NCBI GenBank assembly: GCA_946415345.1
Contig: CAMKRY010000001.1
Location: 2,115-66,114, forward strand
DNA: 64,000 nt
Source of the DNA: an uncultured Bacteroidales bacterium
Lineage (GTDB): Bacteria > Bacteroidota > Bacteroidia > Bacteroidales > UBA932
Direction: 5' to 3'
Part shown: in pieces, positions 1-8,408 of the stretch
Numbering within the stretch: the first letter of the stretch is position 1
Layout of the letters: each line of letters opens with the position of its first letter
Notes under the pieces: generated by a model
Told to the model about the DNA's origin: nothing
Database searches by the model: none
The model's input: only the letters and a program-made list of their open reading frames with translations
Made by a program: the position numbers and the translations under genes

Positions 1-1156
1 GACCCAGCAGATCGCCGCCTATGAGAACCAGCAGCGGATGATCGAGAAGACGGAAGATTTCATCAACCGCTTCCGCTATAAACCGACCAAGAGCAACCAG
101 GTTCAGTCCCGCATCAAGGCCCTCGAGAAGCTCGAGCGCATCGAGGTCGAGGACGAGGACCGCGCCACGCTGACGGTCAAGTTCCCGCCGGCCGTCCGCT
201 GCGGCGACGTGGCCTACAGCGCGAAGGACCTGACGGCTGCCTATCCGCAGAAGGTCGTCTTCCGCCATGCCGACATAGAGATCCGCCGCGGCGAGAAGGT
301 CGCTTTCGTGGGCCGCAACGGCGAGGGCAAGACGACGCTTATGCGCATCATCACCGGCGAACTGGACCCGGCGGAAGGGGAGTCGAAGCTGGGTCACAAC
401 GTGTCCCTGGGCTATTTCGCGCAGGACCAGGAGAACGTTCTCGACAAGAACGAGACCGTCTTCGGCACGCTGGACCGCATTGCGGTGGGGGAGATCCGGA
501 CCAAGCTCCGCGATATCCTCGGCGCCTTCCTCTTCAAGGGCGAGGACATCGACAAGAAGGTGTCCGTGCTCAGCGGCGGCGAAAGGGCCCGCCTCGGCAT
601 GGCGAAGCTTATGCTCCAGCCCTACAACCTGCTGGCGCTGGATGAGCCGACGAACCACATGGACATCCGCTCCAAGGACATCCTGAAACAGGCCCTGAAG
701 GCCTTCGACGGCACGCTGGTGGTCGTTTCCCACGACCGGGACTTCCTCGACGGTCTCGTGGACAAGCTCTACGAATTCCGTGACGGCAAGGTGCGGGAGC
801 ATCTCGGCACCGTCAGCGAGTTCCTCGAAAAACGCAAGCTGGAGAATCTCCAGGAGTTGGAGCGACGCTTCGGCGCTCCGCCGCAGCTGAAGTCCGAAGA
901 GAAACGCGAGTCCCAGGCCGCCTTCGCGCAGAAGCGAACAGAAACCAAAGAGGAACGGAAATTGCGGAACAGGATCGCCCGGCTCGAAGAAGAGATTTCG
1001 GCGCTGGAGGAACAGCTCTCCGGCATCGAGACGGAGCTTTCCGGGACGACGGACCATGCCCGCGTCATGGAACTATCCGGCGACTACCTCCGTGTCAAGG
1101 ATCAGCTTGACGCCCGGACGGCGGAATGGGAACGGAAAATGGAAGAATTGGGATAA
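1..1156 (+). CDS. ABC-F family ATPase (5' end outside window)
   Basis: Open frame from window start (TQQIAAYENQQRMIEK...); inter-ABC linker, GRNGEGKTT, LSGGE, LALDEPTNH, C-terminal coiled coil; no TM segments. Confidence 0.92.
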   Translation, partial: TQQIAAYENQQRMIEKTEDFINRFRYKPTKSNQVQSRIKALEKLERIEVEDEDRATLTVKFPPAVRCGDVAYSAKDLTAAYPQKVVFRHADIEIRRGEKVAFVGRNGEGKTTLMRIITGELDPAEGESKLGHNVSLGYFAQDQENVLDKNETVFGTLDRIAVGEIRTKLRDILGAFLFKGEDIDKKVSVLSGGERARLGMAKLMLQPYNLLALDEPTNHMDIRSKDILKQALKAFDGTLVVVSHDRDFLDGLVDKLYEFRDGKVREHLGTVSEFLEKRKLENLQELERRFGAPPQLKSEEKRESQAAFAQKRTETKEERKLRNRIARLEEEISALEEQLSGIETELSGTTDHARVMELSGDYLRVKDQLDARTAEWERKMEELG

Positions 1157-1185
1157 TACATTTAATAAATAACACACGCACGATT

Positions 1186-2094
1186 ATGAAACGTTATCTG
1201 ATGACGGCTGTCGCCCTTCTCGCGGCGGGAATCCTCTCCCTGACGCAGGCCACGGCCCAGACTGCGCAGAAGCAGCAGACCTTCGAATCCTTCACGGGCA
1301 TCAACGTGTCCGGTGATTTCCAGGTGACCCTGACACCCGGTACGGAGTATGCCACGACGCTCACGGTGGACGAGGCCATCATGCCGTATGTCCAGTGCTT
1401 CGTAACGGGCGGCGTCCTGTCCGTCACTGTCGGCAAGCTCCCGAAAGAGGTCAAGAAGCTCTTCAAGGGCAAGAACAAGCCCACCTACATCCTCGTCGTA
1501 ACGGCTCCCCAGCTCGGCAACATCACGCTGAAGGACAACGCCACGCTGATGACGACGAACAGTTTCACGGCGGGCACCTTCCGGCTCGACCTCAGCGGAA
1601 AGAGCCAGGTCCGCCACCTGACCGTCGAAGACGCCGCCTCGGCCGACATTATCATGAGTAAGAACGCCATTGCCGATCTCACCATCGACGCCGACCAGGT
1701 CAATGCCGAACTCTCCGGCTCCACCCAGCTCCGCCTCAATTACAATGTCGAGACGCTGAAGGTCCAGAGCAAGAACAGCGCTCTCATCTCCGCCAACGGC
1801 GAGGCCGGCCAGACGACCATCGTCGCGGAAGGCTCTTCCAAGATTTCCCTGGACGGTCTGTCCGAGGAACTGCTGGACGTCAAGGGCGGCGGTTCCGCCA
1901 ACATCGACTGCCTCAAGCTCGAGACCAAGAAGGCCAACATCGTCCTCACCGGTGCCACCCTCGTCGAGGCCGCTTCCGAGGAGATTTCCGTCGAGCTTTC
2001 CGGTAAGAGTACCCTTATCTTCGACAACGACCCTGTCGTCAATGTCGTCTCCATCAAGACCTCCACGATGACCCGTTATTCCGCCGCGAAGTAA
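1186..2094 (+). CDS. secreted DUF2807/GIN-like beta-solenoid protein
   Basis: Signal peptide MKRYLMTAVALL...AQ; FTGINVSGDFQV start and repeated LSGxS beta-strand units; start placed at ATG 1186 after AT-rich leader. Confidence 0.8.
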   Translation: MKRYLMTAVALLAAGILSLTQATAQTAQKQQTFESFTGINVSGDFQVTLTPGTEYATTLTVDEAIMPYVQCFVTGGVLSVTVGKLPKEVKKLFKGKNKPTYILVVTAPQLGNITLKDNATLMTTNSFTAGTFRLDLSGKSQVRHLTVEDAASADIIMSKNAIADLTIDADQVNAELSGSTQLRLNYNVETLKVQSKNSALISANGEAGQTTIVAEGSSKISLDGLSEELLDVKGGGSANIDCLKLETKKANIVLTGATLVEAASEEISVELSGKSTLIFDNDPVVNVVSIKTSTMTRYSAAK

Positions 2095-2106
2095 CCTTGT
2101 TGCCCT

Positions 2107-2556
2107 ATGAAAAGAATCCTGATCCTGACCGCACTCTGCGCGTTTTTCCTGGTCCCTGCTCCTGTCGCGGAGGCCATGACCGTTCCCGCTGACGTCACTG
2201 TCAGGGGCGATGACCCCATCAACCAGATTCTGGCTGTGTTGAAAGAGGTCGTCGATATCAAGAAGGAAGCGACCGCCACAAAGGGCGAGACGAAAGGCGG
2301 CATCAACAGGAAAGCTGTCAATGACGCCGCTAAGGTCCTGGTTGTCCTCGAGAAGCTCGACGCCATCGACAAAGAATACGGAGAGCTCTCCGTCGACAAC
2401 AGCGACCGCACGGCCATCACGGACTTCATCGTCCAGAACCATGATGTCCTGTACGGCAAGCCGGCGACCAACGAGTCCGCCAAGACCATCTACAAGAAGC
2501 TCCAGGGCTACAATACCATCAGCCAGCTCCTCACCGGCCTTATCAAGGACCTATAG
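2107..2556 (+). CDS. small secreted helical protein (paralogue family, see findings)
   Basis: Signal peptide ending AEA; typical codon usage; shares DR..I and T-hydrophobic motif with 18992, 19412, 20570 proteins. Confidence 0.75.
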   Translation: MKRILILTALCAFFLVPAPVAEAMTVPADVTVRGDDPINQILAVLKEVVDIKKEATATKGETKGGINRKAVNDAAKVLVVLEKLDAIDKEYGELSVDNSDRTAITDFIVQNHDVLYGKPATNESAKTIYKKLQGYNTISQLLTGLIKDL

Positions 2557-2569
2557 TCCTCGACTGCTC

Positions 2570-2597
2570 TGTCATTCCGAGCGTAGTCGAGGAATCT
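2570..2597 (+). repeat. REP-like palindrome type A (TGTCATTCCGAGCGTAGTCGAGGAATCT)
   Basis: Related copies at 57208-57235 (24/28), 60830-60857 (reverse, 23/28) and split copy 9824-9913. Confidence 0.8.
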
Positions 2598-2602
2598 CCT
2601 AT

Positions 2603-2629
2603 CGTCATGCCCGACCTGATCGGGCATCT
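2603..2629 (+). repeat. REP-like palindrome type B (CGTCATGCCCGACCTGATCGGGCATCT)
   Basis: Exact reverse-complement copy at 14174-14200; degenerate copies at 4446, 6303, 6345, 27115. Confidence 0.85.
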
Positions 2630-2634
2630 TGAGC

Positions 2635-2723
2635 GTGGCTGCTCTCCTGAGAATAGGGGAGAGCGGCTACGAAAATGGGGGAAAAGTGATCCTCCTCTCC
2701 CTTGATTTGAGGAGAGCAGCCAC
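2635..2723. repeat. two tandem GGAGAG-type hairpins
   Basis: GTGGCTGCTCTCCT (2635-2648) is the perfect inverted repeat of 2710-2723 and also pairs with GGAGAGCGGCTAC ending 2670. Confidence 0.6.
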
Positions 2724-2796
2724 ACTTTGGTTATATGGCCAGTGTGCATCCCTCTCTATCTCTGATGATGAAAAAAACGGATTACCGCGGTCCCAA

Positions 2797-3090
2797 CTAT
2801 GCTTGATCGGAGGGAGTATCGCTATCCTCTTCTTCGTCGGGGACCAGTTTGGTTAGCTTTTCTTCGAGGACATCCAATTTGTCCATGATCTTGTCCTGGC
2901 GCCACAGAAGGGCCAGTCCGATCAGCAGGAAGAGAATCAGCATGCAGACAAGAATGCGCAGAATCTCCATATCGCCGACGGTGGCAATGAGCCCTTCATA
3001 CTCTCCAAAGAAGTCCGAGCCTAAAGCGAAAACAAGAACGACAAACAGGATGCATAGAATCGTAAGAATAACGTTGTAGACGAGTCTCAT
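2797..3090 (-). CDS. hypothetical membrane protein
   Basis: Two hydrophobic segments and acidic tail; directly downstream of the C1 peptidase. Confidence 0.65.
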   Translation of the reverse strand: MRLVYNVILTILCILFVVLVFALGSDFFGEYEGLIATVGDMEILRILVCMLILFLLIGLALLWRQDKIMDKLDVLEEKLTKLVPDEEEDSDTPSDQA

Positions 3091-3123
3091 ATATTGGACG
3101 ATTAGCGGTTTACAGACAAGTAT

Positions 3124-4251
3124 TTAGCGGAGGGCTTTGCGGAGGGTGCGGGGGAGGGCGTGACGGTTGAGGAAGATGTAGGTGGTGTTGAGGGCGATGT
3201 AGTCGCGGGACATGTACCAGATGCCCTGGTAGGGGCCGCTCTTGCCCCAGCTGTTCTTGACCATATAATAAGGTTTGCCCTGCTCGTCGACAGCCTTGCC
3301 ATAGATGAGCATGACGTGGTCGTAGGTCATGCGCCAGTCGTCCCACTGCTCCTGGCGGAGTTGCTGCGTGGGGATAACGCCGTCCGGCAAGGAGGCTATG
3401 GCGGTCCGCCGGTTGAAATCGCCGGATACATCACCGCCCCAGGCGACCGTGTAACCGGCATCGAGAGCCCGGTCGAGCACATCCATCAATTTCTCGATAG
3501 GGATGTTGTAGCTGGGCTTGAGGCGCCATTTGTATGGCGCTTCGATGACGAACCATTCGTTGAAAGGATGGTGCGTGTAGCTCGTGAGACTGACGTAGTC
3601 GTCGAGGTTGAGACCCAGGCTGGCGGCAAAGGATTGCGGCGTATAGGTCTTGCCTTCATATACGAAGGATTCCGGGCATGCTCCCACATAGCTGTCGATG
3701 AGCACTTGGACCTCGTTCTGCCAGTTCTTCTTGGGTTCTTTGTTCCGCAGCGGTGCCTGTTCTTCGGCCGTGTAGCGGTTGAGTTCCGGCTTGCCTTCGC
3801 TCCAAACGATACTGCTTACCGTGCGTTCCAACTCCGGGAAAAAGACCTTGAAATTGGCCAGCGAGTCGCCCGTCAGCGATCCCGGCGCGGGCATTGCCTC
3901 CTCCGGGCAGATGCCGTGGCGGCGGATGACTTCGATTACGTCGTCACAGGAACCGCCTTCCGAAATCTGGCTGTAGCCGTGCATGCGGACATAGTGCGTG
4001 GCGTTGTCCATGTAGTCCTTGTTGACCACGAACATCTCGCAGAGATCATAGGTCTTGCCGGTCTTGCGGAGAATCTCGCTTTCCAGATAACCCAGAGTGC
4101 CGAAATCCCAGCAGGTGCCGCTGCGATACTGGTTCTTGACGCTGGTGATGGGCAGTTCCTTGATGGTTCGGAAGGTCTTCGCTTCCTGAGCTGTGGCATT
4201 CCATGCCAACAGCAGTGCGAATGCGGACAGGGCAATGTTGAAACCTTTCAT
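3124..4251 (-). CDS. C1 family cysteine aminopeptidase (PepC/bleomycin hydrolase-like), secreted
   Basis: QYRSGTCW catalytic Cys motif, DHVM His, KNSWG Asn; signal peptide. Confidence 0.9.
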   Translation of the reverse strand: MKGFNIALSAFALLLAWNATAQEAKTFRTIKELPITSVKNQYRSGTCWDFGTLGYLESEILRKTGKTYDLCEMFVVNKDYMDNATHYVRMHGYSQISEGGSCDDVIEVIRRHGICPEEAMPAPGSLTGDSLANFKVFFPELERTVSSIVWSEGKPELNRYTAEEQAPLRNKEPKKNWQNEVQVLIDSYVGACPESFVYEGKTYTPQSFAASLGLNLDDYVSLTSYTHHPFNEWFVIEAPYKWRLKPSYNIPIEKLMDVLDRALDAGYTVAWGGDVSGDFNRRTAIASLPDGVIPTQQLRQEQWDDWRMTYDHVMLIYGKAVDEQGKPYYMVKNSWGKSGPYQGIWYMSRDYIALNTTYIFLNRHALPRTLRKALR

Positions 4252-4305
4252 GGGTGTGTCAGATGATGTTTACTGCAAACTTACAAAAAACGATTCTCGT
4301 GTGCA

Positions 4306-4441
4306 ACTCCTGACGCGGGGCTGCTCTTTTGTCGTATTACGTCTTTCCCCTCTTGATTCGGTGACAAAAACGGCCTCTTTTGTCCTCGAACTCACAAAAA
4401 ATCCAAGTTCGATTACAAATCAGGCCGATTTTGTCCTCGAG
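4306..4441. repeat. degenerate 51-bp-period array of palindromic units
   Basis: TTCGGTGACAAAA...TTTTGTCCTCGAA at 4357-4390, second unit 4408-4441, TTTTGTC at 4327/4378/4429. Confidence 0.6.
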
Positions 4442-4445
4442 TGGC

Positions 4446-4472
4446 CGTCCTGCCGGCCGGTATCGGGCATCT
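4446..4472 (+). repeat. degenerate REP type B
   Basis: 21/27 identity to 2603-2629. Confidence 0.6.
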
Positions 4473-4498
4473 GTCCTTCGGTGCTGCGGAATCCGGGT

Positions 4499-4738
4499 GT
4501 TGCTGCTGCAGTGCAGACTCGGAAGAGCGAAAACGGAGCGGCACCGGGGACTTGACGAGCAACTTCTCCTTTTAGTCCCGCTTTCGCGGGCCTAACGTCG
4601 GCGAACAGTGCTCGTCATGCCGCTACGCGTCACCGCCCCCTGCACGATGCCAACGCGCATTTCCGTTTTCGCTCACGAGCCTGCACCGCAGCAGCAACGG
4701 GCCTCCTCCGTCCCTGCGGCCACCCACTCCCACCCCGT
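4499..4738. mobile_element. nested-hairpin non-autonomous element (MITE/REPIN-like)
   Basis: About 40-bp imperfect terminal IR (4499-4537 / 4662-4698), inner AGCGGCA..TGACGAGCA / TGCTCGTCA.TGCCGCT and CCCGC-TTTC-GCGGG stems; GGCCCGTTG motif shared with the 5.8-kb element. Confidence 0.6.
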
Positions 4739-4823
4739 GTTTTTTCTTTGACAAATACTCCAATTTGCTTGATTCTGATGAAATTGCTATATTTAAACCG
4801 CAGAATAATCAATTACCGTAACC

Positions 4824-5645
4824 ATGAAACGTGTTTTTCTCTTTGTTTTTATTGCCACATTTTTTGTTCTGGCACTCTTCGGTTGTAACTCCTCAAAGAA
4901 GCGCTCTTCCATGAGAGAGTTTCTTATTGGCACTGAGTGGGTTTATCAATTGGATGCTTCCACCTCAGATCCTCTGACGATTATTCTGTCGTTTTATGAA
5001 GACACTTTTGAATGGAGGAAGGTTGGAGAGAAAGGTTATATTCAGGGAAAGTATGAGATCGACGAAGAGAATCATATTCGTTTCTCTTCGTTAAAATACG
5101 GAAAGGAGTCGCTAGACAACTATATGTCATTATCGGGTTTATTTAAGCCTGAAGATGATGTTATCATGATGAACGGGGACGAGGATGGTGAGACGTATAA
5201 TTCTATCTTTAGAAAAATCAAGTCAAGCGAAGACCTGCAATCTTATACCAAATCAGAATCGAAAAAAGAGGATATCTCTCAAGACGAAAAGGAGAAAGAG
5301 GATTTAAAGTCGATAGATGAGTATATGGAATCTCTGGGCTATTCATTGGTCGGGAAAGCACCTAGTTTGTATTCTTTCGGTTTAGGGGATGTCTATAAAG
5401 ATGAATGTTGGCAATATACGATCGGAAACGACTGGTATGTCTGGGCAAAAGCTTTGGGAGCCGGGAATGGTGCAGTATATGCTGTGACCAACGTGAAACT
5501 TGGATGGAAGATACGCAATTATCGGGAATGTATGTACGCTGTCGCTGCAGTTAATATCTTCGCCAAAGACGAGGATGGGAAGAAGCATCATTTTAATTCC
5601 AAGATTAGTATTTCTTCCAGTTTAACCTTATACTTTGAGTTTTAA
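4824..5645 (+). CDS. low-GC hypothetical lipoprotein
   Basis: Lipobox LFGC; clearly AT-rich codon usage compared with flanking genes. Confidence 0.8.
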   Translation: MKRVFLFVFIATFFVLALFGCNSSKKRSSMREFLIGTEWVYQLDASTSDPLTIILSFYEDTFEWRKVGEKGYIQGKYEIDEENHIRFSSLKYGKESLDNYMSLSGLFKPEDDVIMMNGDEDGETYNSIFRKIKSSEDLQSYTKSESKKEDISQDEKEKEDLKSIDEYMESLGYSLVGKAPSLYSFGLGDVYKDECWQYTIGNDWYVWAKALGAGNGAVYAVTNVKLGWKIRNYRECMYAVAAVNIFAKDEDGKKHHFNSKISISSSLTLYFEF

Positions 5646-5770
5646 TTATTCTCTTTTCTCCTGCCCGGCAAAAGTCTCACCAAGTGTAATGTCTAGCAGC
5701 AAGCACAGAAAGCCCAATCTTTATAAGGAGGCCAATGAGGCCTTCCTGCTGGCGAAGGCGCAGGAGGAGG

Positions 5771-5986
5771 GTGTCGCTATAGCTCGGAGCGGAGGTCGGC
5801 CGTTGCCATTGAGAGGCGTGTCCACCCCCGGACACGGGCAGGGGGAGGGGCCCGTTGGATACAAGTTATGGGTGGCGGCGGAAACGCCGCGGGCCATGAC
5901 GAAGTAGACAATGGGAGGGGCCGGAGCGGCGCGCAGCGACGCGGAGTCCTCGAAATGGCAATGGCCGACGTAGCGGAGAGCGATGC
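5771..5986. mobile_element. nested-hairpin non-autonomous element
   Basis: IR GTCGGCCGTTGCCATT (5795-5810) / AATGGCAATGGCCGAC (5954-5969); inner CGTGTCC/GGACACG and GCGGCG-GAAA-CGCCGC stems; core shared with 44694 and 60644 elements. Confidence 0.65.
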
Positions 5987-6043
5987 TATTTCTCCGACTC
6001 GCGTACCAGCCTAACTTGATATTCCATTTTGGAAGAGCAAATA

Positions 6044-6074
6044 TTTGCGGTTTCAAGAAAAAGACTTACCTTCG
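6044..6074 (+). promoter_or_regulatory. Bacteroidetes sigma-A-type promoter
   Basis: TTTG (6044)-19 nt-TACCTTCG (6067), near the TTTG-N19-21-TAnnTTTG consensus. Confidence 0.5.
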
Positions 6075-6077
6075 CAG

Positions 6078-6147
6078 TAGCTTTTAAAGTTAGAGGGCAT
6101 CACGGTGCACCTCCTTGCAGGAATCCGAAAGGGTTCCTGTATTCTTT
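6078..6147 (+). ncRNA. putative ~70-nt small RNA (two hairpins, second terminator-like)
   Basis: Follows promoter; hairpin 6093-6113; TGCAGGAATCC-GAAA-GGGTTCCTGTA followed by TTCTTT. Confidence 0.3.
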
Positions 6148-6283
6148 ATGGATAGATGTCCATGACGCTATCACCGTCGTAAACCCATACTTCGGTTATT
6201 TGAGCATTGATATTTAACCTGGCCCGGATGCTCCTGATGATCTGACGTGAGGATGCACCATCTCTGTTATCCAAGATGTAGCC
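6146..6283 (-). pseudogene. 3' remnant of a nuclease/toxin-like gene
   Basis: Protein-like tail GYILDNRDGASSRQIIRSIRARLNINAQITEVWVYDGDSVMDIYP*; upstream part is occupied by REP copies; resemblance to CdiA-CT-like Bacteroidales proteins is from memory. Confidence 0.35.
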
Positions 6284-6302
6284 GTGGCATGACGAAAACA
6301 GA

Positions 6303-6374
6303 TGCCCGGCCCGATCGGGCACCTCCCTCCGCCGTTTGCCGAAGGATCCTCCGATTAAGTCGGGGGTGGCGATG
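6303..6374. repeat. pair of degenerate REP type B in opposite orientation
   Basis: TGCCCGGCCCGATCGGGCACCT (6303-6324) and GGATCCTCCGATTAAGTCGGGGGTGGCG (from 6344). Confidence 0.5.
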
Positions 6375-6433
6375 GTCTTGGACGAAAGCAGGGGAATTCG
6401 TATCTTTGCCATGGTAAGGTAGTACAAATCAAT

Positions 6434-7210
6434 ATGGAACCGATACAGAAGATAGCCATCATTGGCGCAGGAAACATGGGCGGTGCGGTGGCGCTGGGAT
6501 TGCGCAGGTTTGCCCCGGATATAGCACTTGCGGTCACGACGGCCCATGCCTCTACGCTGGAGAAATATGCAGCGCTGGGTATGGAAACTACGCTGGACAA
6601 TGCTGTCGCGGCAGAAGGGGCCGATGTCGTTATCCTGGGTGTGAAGCCATGGCTGGTGCAGTCGGTTCTGGAGCAGATCAGGCCCTGCCTTTCCGGGAAA
6701 CTGCTGCTCTCCCTGGCAGCGGGAATTCCGGCGGCTCAGATGCAGGAGTGGCTCGCTGGGACTGGCGTCCGGGCGGCTTATACGGTGATCCCGAATCTCG
6801 CGGCTGAAATAGGGGAGAGCATGACCTTCGCATCGGCTATCCTCGGTGAGGCCGACCAGATGGTCAAGTCCCTATTTGATAAACTCGGCAAGACGCTGAT
6901 TGTGAATGAGAAACGCCTCCAGGCCGGGATGATGGTGGCATCCTGCGGGACAGCGTTCGCGCTCCGTTATGCCCGTGCGGCGATGGAGGGCGGTATCCAA
7001 CTGGGGCTATACCCCAAAGAGGCGATGGAAGCGGTGTACCAGACGATGAAGGGCGCCGTGGACCTGGCGGAGAGCCGGAGTGCCCATCCCGAGGCGGAGA
7101 TTGACCGGGTGACCACCCCCGGCGGTATCACCATCCGCGGCCTCAATGCCATGGAAGATGCCGGGTTTACCGCGGCCGTCATTGCCGGCCTGACTTCATT
7201 CCAGCAGTAG
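6434..7210 (+). CDS. proC: pyrroline-5-carboxylate reductase
   Basis: IIGAGNMG Rossmann motif, GVKP, VTTPGGITIRGL; TATCTTTG promoter at 6401. Confidence 0.93.
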   Translation: MEPIQKIAIIGAGNMGGAVALGLRRFAPDIALAVTTAHASTLEKYAALGMETTLDNAVAAEGADVVILGVKPWLVQSVLEQIRPCLSGKLLLSLAAGIPAAQMQEWLAGTGVRAAYTVIPNLAAEIGESMTFASAILGEADQMVKSLFDKLGKTLIVNEKRLQAGMMVASCGTAFALRYARAAMEGGIQLGLYPKEAMEAVYQTMKGAVDLAESRSAHPEAEIDRVTTPGGITIRGLNAMEDAGFTAAVIAGLTSFQQ

Positions 7211-7243
7211 GTGGACACCTCTATGGGCCGCTGAAAAGGATCG

Positions 7244-8350
7244 TTATTTTACAAACTGGACACAAACAGGGGCGCCGACCAGGATGGCCTTTCCGGTGGG
7301 CGTGAGCGTGCCCGCGTCTTTGTTAATACTGTAAATCTCGATCCGATTGTCGTCCCGGCAGGCGCAGAGGAGGTAGCGGCCGTCGGGAGAAATGGCAAAA
7401 TTGCGGGGATGCTGGCCCGTCTTCCGGTAGGCGGTCTTTTCGACCCTGCCGCAGGCCTTGTCAACGGAGAAAATGGCGATTCCGTCCTCCTGGAGCCGAT
7501 GGCTGGTGTAAAGGAACCGGCCATCCGGCGAGAGATGGATATCGGCACTGCCGTGGCCCTGGCCATCATAAGCCGTGAGTGTCTGGATGGGGGTCAGATC
7601 GCCGTCCTGATAGGAAAAGACCACCAGCTTGTCGCCGAGCTCGCAAATAAGGTACGCGAAGCGGCCATCTGCGCTGAAAACGAGATGCCGGGGGCCGTAC
7701 TTGACGCGGTCCTGATTCTGCCATACAATGGCGGCTTCGCCGAGGGGCTGATTCCCATCCCTCCGGGTAAAGCGGTGGATGCAGTCCATCCCCAGGTTGG
7801 TGACGAAGACATACTTTCCGTCGGGCGAAGTCACGGCGCAGTGCATGTTCGCAGGCTCCGCACCCTTTTCCGGGATATAGGCTTGTGACATCCGGCCGAT
7901 ACTGCCGTCGCCGGCAATGGGGAAGGCCGTTACAGACCCGCCTGTATAGTTGGAAGTAACGAGCGCCTTCCCTGTGAAAAGGATGTTGCAGGGGTCTTCT
8001 CCGGGGACCTGGTCCGACGGAATGGGCGCGCTGTTGAGGAGCTTAATGCTGTTTCTGCCCAGGGCAAACGAGCTTACTCCCTGCCTCCCGTCGTTGTATT
8101 CGTTAACGGCAAAGGCCCGGTCTCCGGAGGCAATGACAAAGGAAGGATTCCCCGCGGGAGCAACATCCAGAAGCTTTGCATCGGCCGTTTTAGGCTGGAA
8201 AGAGTAGAGGTAAACCCCTTCCGCCGTCGTTCCCTCCGTATAGGTCCCGACAAGAATATGCATTTGCTGCGAGCAGCCCATAACGATACAGGAAACAAGA
8301 GCAGCCGCGGACTGCTTAAGGAAGGAGATGTTCCGTGCGTGCTTACTCAT
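7244..8350 (-). CDS. lactonase family beta-propeller (6-phosphogluconolactonase-like) lipoprotein
   Basis: VGTYT, NPSF, GPRH, SADIHLSPDGRFLY, HPRNF; start uncertain (8377 or 8350). Confidence 0.85.
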   Translation of the reverse strand: MSKHARNISFLKQSAAALVSCIVMGCSQQMHILVGTYTEGTTAEGVYLYSFQPKTADAKLLDVAPAGNPSFVIASGDRAFAVNEYNDGRQGVSSFALGRNSIKLLNSAPIPSDQVPGEDPCNILFTGKALVTSNYTGGSVTAFPIAGDGSIGRMSQAYIPEKGAEPANMHCAVTSPDGKYVFVTNLGMDCIHRFTRRDGNQPLGEAAIVWQNQDRVKYGPRHLVFSADGRFAYLICELGDKLVVFSYQDGDLTPIQTLTAYDGQGHGSADIHLSPDGRFLYTSHRLQEDGIAIFSVDKACGRVEKTAYRKTGQHPRNFAISPDGRYLLCACRDDNRIEIYSINKDAGTLTPTGKAILVGAPVCVQFVK

Positions 8351-8408
8351 ATCTTGTTGTTGAAGGATTCTGGTCATGCGGGGATGCCGGCATGGCTCAG
8401 TAGAGGAC

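Noticed and set aside
4306-4441. CRISPR array
   Set aside because: Only 2-3 degenerate units, 17-nt spacers, no cas genes or leader; reported as a repeat instead
5635-6056. ORFs 5635-5907 and 5721-6056 as genes
   Set aside because: They mostly translate the palindromic element; no convincing start or protein-like composition
8373-8396. Possible REP-B remnant GTCATGC...GCATGGC
   Set aside because: Too short and degenerate to assign; lacks the ATCT end
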